This document shows, piece after piece, positions 1 to 10,836 of a stretch of DNA of 64,000 nucleotides. The notes beneath the pieces were generated by a model. That model saw only the letters and a program-made list of their open reading frames with translations, did no database searches and was not told the origin of the DNA. This DNA is from the human T2T-CHM13v2.0 reference genome, Homo sapiens: NCBI RefSeq assembly GCF_009914755.1, contig NC_060931.1. The stretch is one strand, 5' to 3'. The first letter of the stretch is position 1; every line of letters starts with the position of its first letter. The position numbers and the translations under genes are program-made.

Positions 1-134
1 GTAGAGGAAGTAGAGATCCTGAACAGTCTATATTCTCTTGTAAGGATTAATTTAGGAAAAAAAGGAAGGCTATTGAAAGGGGTGAGATATGATTATGAGT
101 TCATTAAAACATAACACTCTAAATAAACGGTATA

Positions 135-1010
135 CACATTGCAAAGAAAGAAAACTGACCCTATTTGCAGGTTGACATGATTGTGTACATAGAAAACTCA
201 TGCATTAATAAGGAAGTACAACAAAATTGCAGGATACAAGATCAATACACAAAAACAAATTGCATTTCTATATGCTAACAATGAACATATGGAAATTGAA
301 ATTTTAAAAAACACAATACTATTTATAATTGCTCCAAAGGTAATAAAATATTTAGGCATAAGCCTAATAAAAACATATATAGCATCTTGAAAGTTACAAA
401 ATGCTGATAATTAAAAAAAAAAAACAAATAAATGAAGAAACATACCATGTTCCCAGATTAAAAGACTCAAAAGAAAGATTATCAAGGTCAATTTCCAAAT
501 TTTAATATAATATCTACTAAAACTCCAGGAAAGTTTTTTTGTTTATACAAAAATTAACTCAAAATAGATCATAAACTTAATTTTAAAATGTAAAACTATA
601 AAATATTTAGAAAAAAGCAGAGAAAATCTTCGAGTCTTGGGACTAGGAAGAGTTCTTAGACTTCACACCAATAGCATGATTCACAAAATAAAAAATTTCT
701 AAATTGGAGCATATCAAGATGAAAAAAAATTTTGTTTTGCAAAAGTCCCTGTAAAAAGGATGAAAAGACAGGTTACAGACTAGGAGAAAGTATTTGCAAA
801 CAACGTATGCGACACAGGACAATTATGTAGAATATATAAGGAGCTCTCAAAAGTCAACAGTGTAAAACAAAACAATCAAAATAAAATGCGCCAAAGGGTA
901 ACACATTTTACTGAAGAGTATATGCAGATGGCAAATACGAGCATAAAAATATGTTCAACAAAATTAGCCATTAGAGGAATGCAAATTAAAACCACAATGA
1001 AATATCACTA
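135..1010 (+). mobile_element. Old L1M (L1MC-like) ORF2 fragment, decayed
   Basis: L1 ORF2-like motifs: ctatttgcag..gacatgattgtgtacatagaaaa, gcaggatacaagatcaatacacaaaa, aatgcaaattaaaaccacaatga. Confidence 0.8.
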
Positions 1011-1011
1011 T

Positions 1012-1255
1012 TGTCAAAGAAAAACCTGTCAAAGCTGGAAGGACACTAGTTAAAGTGGAGATCAATTTGTACAGAGGTCACCAGGCATTTTAAAGGAAGA
1101 ATGAAGGAATGCAGGGCTGGCGAGCAGAGACTCAGTAAAGTCAGGGAAGTGGAAAAATTACAAAAATTGGAAAGGGGGGTTGCTCCATGTTAAACCCATC
1201 TGAGTTTGTTACTGGTGCTTACAGAAAGCAGGCTTCTACCCTCCCACAGAGGCTG
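1012..1255. mobile_element. ERV1-type LTR fragment (MER31/MER67-like)
   Basis: Begins TGTCAAAGAAAAA..., interrupts the L1M abruptly and is more GC-rich. Family call is tentative. Confidence 0.4.
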
Positions 1256-1257
1256 AA

Positions 1258-1404
1258 CCATAAAACAGGCCCTCAGCAAGCACTGAATTTACTGGCTCCT
1301 TTACCTTGGATTCTCCACCCTGCAGAACCGTAAGAAATAAATTTCTGCTGTTTATAAGACACCGAGTTTATGGTATTTTTTATAGTAGTTTGACTGGACT
1401 AACA
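1258..1404 (+). mobile_element. MaLR LTR 3' part (MLT1A-like)
   Basis: agaaataaatttctgctgtttataagacaccgagtttatggtattttttatagtag...gactaaca matches the MLT1 3' terminus. Confidence 0.75.
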
Positions 1405-1407
1405 GAG

Positions 1408-1545
1408 TATCAATGTCAATTTCCAGTATGTGATTCTATACTATAATATGCAAGATGTTACCTTTGGGGAAAACTAGGTGATATACATAAGGAATCTCTA
1501 TTATTTCTCACAACTGCATGTGAATTTATAATTATCTCAAAATAG
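1408..1545 (+). mobile_element. L1MC 3' end
   Basis: tatcaatgtcaatttcc...gcaagatgttacc...ggggaaaactaggtga...acaactgcatgtgaatttataattatctcaaaata is typical of the L1MC1/2 3' UTR. Confidence 0.75.
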
Positions 1546-2077
1546 GTTTTTTGTTTGTTTTAATTCACTCTAGGTGCAGTGTAAGGATAGATAGATGGTA
1601 ATGAGGGTGGAATATATAAGACCTATTGGGTCATTGGCTATGTCTGGGTGTTTGCTGGGGGGCAAGTAGTAAAGAACAGGATGACCACCAGGTTTCTTTG
1701 TGGGACTTCACTGATCAAAAGAGAAAAGAGGGAGTAGATGATTGGAAGAGAGAGATGATGCATTCAAGGTTGATCCTGCTGAGTTTGTTTTCCTTGTAAT
1801 CAACCAAACAGAGTATATAAAATGAGAAGAGTAAAGAATAAGAATCCCTAAGCAAGGGAGATATATACCGTGCTCTTCGAGAATTTGTATGCCTACTTTT
1901 CACATAGCATTTCAATGCATGAATGAAGACTAAAATATCACTATCATCTGAATATCAGAACAAGGGGATTTTTGAATTCGGAGGGAAGAGTAAATACAGA
2001 CAGACATATAGCAAATAACGACATTTCAGTCAATGATGGATCACATATACACAGTGGTTCCATAAGATTATAATGGA

Positions 2078-2923
2078 CTATTGTGAATGGAATTGCATTC
2101 TTGATTTGACTCTCAGCTTGGATGTTAGTGATGTGTAGAAATGCTACTAACTTTTGTACATTGATTTTGTATCCTGAAACTTTGCTGAAGTTGTTCACAG
2201 AGACAGGAGCATTTGGGCAGACTATGGGGTTTTCTAGGTATGAAATCATATAGTTTTCAAAGAGAAGTAGTTTAATTTCCTCTCTTTCTATTTAGATCCC
2301 TTTTATTTCTTTCTCTTGCTTGATTGCCATGATCACTGTGGAAAGCAGTCTGGAGATTCTCAAAGAATTTCAAATAGAACTACCATTCAACCCAGCAATC
2401 TCATTACTGGATACATATCCAAAGGAATAGAAATTGTTCTGCCCTAGAGACACTCGCACATGTACGTTCATCACAGCACTATTCATAATATCAAAGACAT
2501 GACACCAACCTAGATGCCCATCAACAGTGGACTAGATAAAGTAAATGTAGCACATACATAGTATGGAATATTGTGCAGCCAATAAAAAAAACAAATCATG
2601 TCCTTTGCAGCCACATGGATGGAGCTGGAGACCACTATCCTAAGTGAATTAACATAGAAACAGAAAAACAAATATCACATGTTCTCCCTGCTAAGTGGGA
2701 GCTAAACATTGAGCACATATGAACACGAAGAAGGAAACAGTGGACACCGGGGCTTACTTGAGGGTGGAGGGTAGAAGGAGGGGACTATTGAGTATTATGC
2801 TGATTACCTGCATGACAAAATTATCTGCACACCAAACCCCTAAAGCACACAATTTACCCATGTAACAAAACTGCACATGGACCCCTTGAACCTAAAATAA
2901 AAGTTGGAAAGGAAAAAAACAAA
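2078..2923 (+). mobile_element. L1PA15/16-like insertion with 5' inversion (2078-~2330 antisense ORF2 piece, ~2331-2923 sense 3' end)
   Basis: TSD aagattataatgga (2064-2077) / aagattataaggga (2924-2937). ORF 1944..2249(-) carries the RT-like [19 protein letters not shown]. The 3' UTR ends cctaaaataaaagtt. Confidence 0.88.
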
Positions 2924-3423
2924 AAGATTATAAGGGAGTTGAAAAATTCCTACTGCCTAGGGATGCGCAGCCATTGTAATGTCCTTGCCTAATGCGTTAC
3001 TCAGGTGTCTGTGAGGATGCTGCTGTGCTGCCAGTCTTGCACAAGTACAGCACATACAATTATGTACAATATATAATACTTGATCATGATAATAAACGAT
3101 GTTACTGGTTTATATATTTAGTATACTATACTTTTAATCATTATTTTTTAGTGTACTCCTTCTACTTATAAAAGAAAGCTAACTGTAAAACAGCCTGAAG
3201 CAGGCTCTTTCAAGAGGTATTCCAGAAGAAGGCATTGGTATGCCTTGGTATTCCATGCATGTTACTGTCCCTGAAGACAGAATGAAGAACGTTCAGTAGG
3301 AAAAGATGTGGATATGGAAAACAGTAATACTGATAATCCTGCCCCTGTGTAGGTCTGTGCCAGTGTAATTGTGTCCTAGCTTTTAACAAAACATTCAAAA
3401 AGTTTTTAAAAAGTGCAAAAATA

Positions 3424-3766
<343 letters not shown>

Positions 3767-4414
3767 TCAAGCTAAGTGTTATTACAAAAGAGTCAAAAAG
3801 TTAAAAATTGAAGTTTTTAAAGTAAAAAAAGATAGTAAGCTAAGGTTAATTTATTATTGAAGGAAAAATAAGATTTTAAAAATAAATTTAGCATAGCCTA
3901 AATATACAGTGTTTATAAAGTCTACAGAAGTGTACAGTAATGTGCTATGCCTTCACATTCATTCACCACTTACTCACTGATCACCCAGAGAAACTTCCAG
4001 TTCTGTAAGCTCCATTCATAGGAAGTGCCAAATAAAGGTGTACCGTTCTTAAAAATATTTTATACTGTATTTTTACTGCAACTTTTCTGTGTATATATAT
4101 GTTTAGAGGTTCAAATACTTGCCACTGTGTTACAAATTGCTTACAGTGTTCAGTACAGTAACATGATGGCAGGTTTGTAGTCTAGGAGCAATAGGCTGTA
4201 CCATATAGCATAGGTGTGTAGTAGGCTATACCACCTAAGTTTGTGTAAGTACGCTCTATGATATTCAGACAGTGATGAAATCTCCTAAAGACACATTTCT
4301 CAGAATGTATCCCTGTCATTAAGCAATACATAACTATGGAAAGTATCTAAGGGAATTCCAAATACGGGCTGGATAAAATGAATTGCATTAGCATTATGCA
4401 TTACAATAAAAAAG

Positions 4415-4640
4415 AACCAATATTGAGTACACTTCATGTGCTAAGTATTTCACTGGTGTTCAGAAGTATGATCCTGTTTCATCTTCACGACAGGCCTGAA
4501 AAGTTAAATTTCATTATCTATAATTTCTAATCATAGAAGTAATTTGCCAAATGAAACAAAGCCAGTAAGTAATTTCTTAAGCAAGATTTTGAATTTAGAT
4601 GTGTTTAAGTTCTCAGCCCACATTCTTTCCACTATATCAA
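4415..4640 (-). mobile_element. MIR
   Basis: Diverged MIR core and end (agtaatttgccaaatg..gccagtaagt..ctttccactatatca). Confidence 0.6.
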
Positions 4641-5754
4641 GAAGCTTGTTGAAGATGCAGGAGGGCAGATCCCAGTACCTTCTTAAAAACTGTACATATT
4701 ATGTTCTTGCTTCTTTGGGGCTTTTGTGAGTTAAGCTCCTACTTTTACATTTGTAAGCATTCAGTTTCCCACACAGTTTTAAAGGCTCTATTTAGGTTCC
4801 TCGCCCCATCTTTACAGGAAAGCATGCCATTATTGGCATTGATTAAATATTCATGGCGCTCCACCCTCTGGATTCCATGCCCAGCACCTGTCATAGTGCC
4901 ACCTTACTGTTTGGACTAACGAGGGGTTGGTTTTCTTATATTAATTGGTAGTAAGCCCCTCATTTCCATTTTCCAGGTAACATGCTTGTGTGTTTGTTTT
5001 CAGGTATGCAGGCTATATAGATTGGTTAACAAGCATCTTTCACTTAAACAAATAGATAAAGAGCAGGTGTCTTCAGTTCCTTGTCCTCAAACTTAAATGG
5101 TGCATTAGCTCTGACTTCATTACTACTGACACAGGATTCCTTAAATCTCTATTCTGTAAACAAATAAACAAACAAAAAATACCCTTTTATCTCTACAGAA
5201 AATCCTGTACATGATAAGGATATTTTAAATTCTCTGGTTATTTTCTATACTCATTTTTTAGTTTATATATTTTCTTTGACGTATCCCATTTCAAATTTTC
5301 AAGGTTGACACATCATGCCTGTAATCTCTAGGGCTTAAAAGTCAATTTCCGTAAAGTACAACACACAGTCCACTTATTTTACAAACCAAGGGCAGTCAAA
5401 CCAAGCCATGAAAAGTAATTTTTAGGTAGAAATTAGGCTACTATTCTTCATCAATACAGATGAAGCCTCATTATTGCCAAAGATCTTAATTACTATGATG
5501 ATGATGATTCAGTAATCTAGATTTAATTTTCAAAGGAATTTCAAAAGGAAACTCTCCACATCTCATCCCACAACTATCCAAATGCAGACTCAAGCCTAAG
5601 TAGTATATGTCACATAAACACAAAAAAGGTGGGTGGCAGCGAAGGGGTTTGGGGATGTTTATGTGATCTGACTCTCTGTTGGACCAGTTAATTTTGATCC
5701 TTCACCTTCCTAAAGCATCCAAACCTTAGGTGCAGATTTAACTTCTCGCCATCC

Positions 5755-5769
5755 ACGCCATCTAGTGGC
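5755..5769 (-). promoter_or_regulatory. CTCF-like motif (GCCACTAGATGGCGT on - strand)
   Basis: + strand cgccatctagtggc; the reverse complement matches the CTCF core CCACYAGRKGGCR. Located at the upstream border of the CpG island. Confidence 0.6.
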
Positions 5770-5809
5770 TTGTATGTGTTACGTTTGGTTTTAAGGATGA
5801 TTCCTAATG

Positions 5810-7330
5810 ACTCGGGGGCGGGGTACGCGAAAAACAAAAAGGTTGGTAGCGACAATTTTCCTGTGTCTCTCTACCTCAGTAACCCCTCATACGAACACCT
5901 TTAACTCTTTTAACTATTTTAAATATGCGCAGTGATGCGCAGAGAGGATGAAGGGGACGCAAACTTTCAGAGACGCACGCCCCTTGACGATGACATTTAG
6001 AAAAGGGCTCCACATCCCTGTTATTCGTAAAGGACGGGAAAAGGAGTTGTGTCAAGACCTCGATCGAGGAGAGTCTCTGATTTTTTGGCAAGTTGGACAG
6101 ATGGCATATCAATCCCTGCAACGTTAACAATCTGGTTTTGAAAATAAATAAAAACAGAAAGAGGAAATGCACTTAAAAATTCCGCGTCGGGGCTTTGCGG
6201 GTCTTGCCTTCCAGTCGCCCCCAGAAGACAACCAATTCCTGCGCATTCCGCTCCGCTCACCCTCCTTCCCAGCTTCTCTCGCTCTCTTTCCCCCCATTTT
6301 CCCACGCTCGCCTTGAACCGGGACTCGAGAGGCAGAAGCAAGGCACGGGTCCCCTTTCTCCTCTCCTCCACCAAACCACCGCAGCCCAGCACGTGAAGCT
6401 TCCCTTTGTTCATCCGAGGCTCGCTTTTCTCCCCAGCAGATCCACCTGGATGCTCTCCCTCGGTGACATTTTGCGCCGGGGTTGGTGGGTGGCTGGGGTG
6501 GAGCGAGAGGAGCCCGAGGGGGCGGGGGCGGAGAAAGGTCAAGCCGAGGGAAAGGCAGGAGACGCCTTTCCTAACCTGCGTGGCGGGGCGTGCGCGCGGT
6601 TATTTATTTATTTTCTCCTTATTTATTGATCGCACTAGCAGAGCAGCGCGGGGAGCCCGGGGAGATGCAGGACCACCCACTGGCGGGGAAGCAGCTAGCA
6701 GCCCTCCCGCGCCCCCGCGCTGCCGAGCGCCTTCTGCCTCCGCGCTCGGACGAGAGCCCGTGCCGGCCCCGGCCCCGGCCCCACCGCGCCAACGCCGCCC
6801 GCCCGGCCGCCCCGCAGCCCCGCCGCCCCGCCGCCCCGCACCGCGCTGGCCAGGCTCCCGCGACAGTGGCCCCGCAGTAAGTTGGCAGGAGCGAGTCCCC
6901 TCCGTTCTCGCCTCCCCCGCACCTTTTGAACTTGTTGCTGCTGCTCTGCTCGCCTGCGCCTGGCTTTTGGAAGGTGAAAAGGAGGAGGGAGGCACGGAGG
7001 GATGGGGGAAGGGAAAGAAGAGCTCGCTTGAGCTTTATTTATGCTCTCTCGGCGCATCGGATTCGGCTGCTCGCGAGCTGCTTTCTCTCCTCTTCCCTTT
7101 CCGGGTGCACGGCGAGGAGAAAGTCTCTATGCAACTAAGCCCCGGCGCGCACTTGGCCAGGTATGTACCGCGGGAGCGGCGCGTTCTGCGCGGAAGCAGA
7201 TGCTGCTGCCGCCACGGCGGCGGCGGCTGCCAGCTCCTGAGCTCTGTAACTGTCACACTGCACCTGAGCTGAACTTGAAAAGAGAGTGAAGGGGCGATTG
7301 GGCGAACGCTTTTGGCAGACACAGAGGGTG
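5810..7330. promoter_or_regulatory. KCND2: CpG island / KCND2 promoter and start of 5' leader (CpG richness continues into coding exon 1)
   Basis: Abrupt rise in GC and CpG. Contains GC boxes (GGGGCGGGGGCGG 6519-6531; GGCGGGGC 6582-6589), CCAAT 6232-6236, ATTGG 7297-7301 and E-box CACGTG 6390-6395. Confidence 0.9.
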
Positions 7331-7980
7331 TTTGTAGACGTGGGGGAGGAGAATCTCTATTAACGCCCCCCACCGTAACCACTGCACATCACCTCCATCT
7401 CTGCAAATACAGCCCGAGGAGTAGAGGCAGCAGCAGCTGGACCCCCAAAGAGAGACGTGGGGCAGCGGCTGTGACCGCATCTCCTGAGCTACAACAACAG
7501 GTCGCCTTTTTGAGACTCCTTTGGCGGGAAGGGCTACTTGGAAAGGAAGGTTTGAAAGAGTGAGAAGGGTAGGTGTAAGGGTTCCCTAATTCGTCGAAAG
7601 AATTCTATTGGGTGACTCTCGTTCGTCTTCTCTATCCTACACTCCACATACTGACCCTATATTATCCAGACTGTGCCGGGGAGAAATCAAAAACACCTGT
7701 TTGAAGAAACGGCTGCACCTGTGTGCTTATTTGTGCCAGAGGGTGGCCTAGCCCACCTGCAGGAAGAGATTTGGCTGGGTTCTGTTGAGGGTGATTGTTA
7801 GGACGTTGTATTTTGTTGCCATTATTCCAAATACCTGTCTTGGAGGGAAAGTTGCCCTTCTGAGAACTGTGACTTTACCAGGAGCCCTATCTTGGAATAA
7901 GAGTTACACCTCTGGACCACGTTTCTCACTAGTACTTTGCTTGACTGGAGGAAGTGGGTGACTTTTGGCTGCTTCGGTGA

Positions 7981-9144
<1,164 letters not shown>

Positions 9145-10828
9145 TAGGTGCCATAATGGGAAATGGGATGGAGGTTGGGTATGGGTGAGGCGATTGTGGA
9201 CCCATCGAGGTTACATGGTAACTCCGGGGAAATCATTTGTTTTCTTTCCTGAGTTTAGGAAAGCATTATCTAAATGGTTTGGCAAAACTCTTTTCATCTG
9301 TGAAATGGGTATAATACACACGTTGAAGTATTAAGGCATTGCTGGCAAATGTTGATGCCTGAAAGTGATAAAGATACAAAGAAATTTTAGAATTCCTGAA
9401 TATATGAAAGTAGTAGCAATATTTATATTAATATATAAAAATATGACAATGAAAAACAAAATCTATGCCCTAATAAAGACACAAATATATACAATGTATA
9501 TTGAAATGTCTATAAAGTGGTTCAATGCATTTAAATGAAAAGTTTCCAGGTATACTTGAACTATTATTTTCATATGAATAGATACTTATGGTGTACATTT
9601 TTCCTCTAAGAACCATAATTCCTATTTTACATCGTAATACATAGATTGTAGATGTAATTATCAAAGTATTTTATAATATATATGCACATATTCATATGTA
9701 TGCACTTTAATTATGGTTGATAGGTTATTCAGTCTTTTAGAATATCAGAGCTGAAACTGATCAACTCTACAATATGCAGTGGAATTAAATTTGCAACATA
9801 TTTCAAGCTCTAGGTTCATAGTTTCAAAAAAAGAAGCAAAAGACTGTCATCCACACATTTTTTTTTTAGAATCTACAGATCCCATCAGGCAATGGGTCCA
9901 CACCCATTAAATACACATAGAAGATAGAGCAGTATCTGGTAAGATTGATGGTCACCAAGGCTGGCTGTATTATAAAATTTGGGGTCCTAATTTCCTTTTA
10001 GAATTTTTTTGTGAATTCTTTTTTGGGGGTATAATGAAGTTCTGCAACCAAAGGGACAAATTTCTGAATTCATGCTGTTGTTTTTAATATACTTTTAGGG
10101 CTAGAATTAAGTTTTTTTAGGTAGTAGAGAAAAGGAAAGGAGGCAAATGATTAATAATGTTAAACTGCAGAAAAGTAGCAGCATTTTACATATTAGAGAA
10201 TCTAATAAAATAAAATGGTTAGATCTTTTTACTTTTATGAGTTCTTAGATAAGCTGGGGAGTGATGTGAGTGCCTTTTCTTCAGCTTTGTGCTACTATTC
10301 TTGCATAGGTAATCAGTTTAGTGAGGATTTGGTAATGGCTATAAGAAAAAAGTTATTCCCAAGGCTACTCTTTAAGCTTTGTGTTTTTGGATAATTTAAT
10401 TGGCTTCTTTAAATGACATTGTGGTTAAAGTCAACTTAATTTTATTAGACATATTGTGTTGTACAGAATTTCTCATGTCATGTGGCCAGCTAATGGAATA
10501 GTTTATATATGAAGAATTTTAGGCTAGGTTAAACAAGAAATTGGGGTAAAGAAAAATACAATGATTTATGATTTTTATTTAGTCTCATTTTTTTAAAGAC
10601 CTACTGGTACATTTAAAAAATGAATTAGTGAAAATCCATGTTCTACTTCTTATATTTCCTTTTTATCTTGTTGGCAAATTTGTGACAGTTTATAAGGATA
10701 AGGATGATGCAGAATGCCTTCGCAGTGTAGGTGCTGATTCTTTATCAAAGAGGTTTGTTTTTGTTGTCTTGTCATTTTGTAGCAGGAGATCCTTATTAAG
10801 GACAAATGGGTAGTGCAAATCACCATCA

Positions 10829-10836
10829 TGACGTCA
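10829..10836. promoter_or_regulatory. Full palindromic CRE (TGACGTCA)
   Basis: Exact 8-mer in CpG-depleted intron sequence, 1.7 kb downstream of exon 1. Function not shown. Confidence 0.4.

Noticed and set aside
4961-5010. Two pyrimidine-tract CAG|GTA motifs resembling recursive splice sites
   Set aside because: They lie upstream of the promoter, with no evidence of a spanning transcript.
6021-7563. Many overlapping 70-288 aa ORFs on both strands in the CpG island (e.g. 6406..7272)
   Set aside because: Pro/Ala/Arg/Gly-rich products expected from stop-poor GC DNA; many begin at non-ATG codons and show no recognisable domain. Only the ATG-initiated ones are kept, as uORF candidates.
10715-10740. 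Partial RE1/REST motif (TCAGCACC on - strand)
   Set aside because: The second half-site (GGACAG) is absent.
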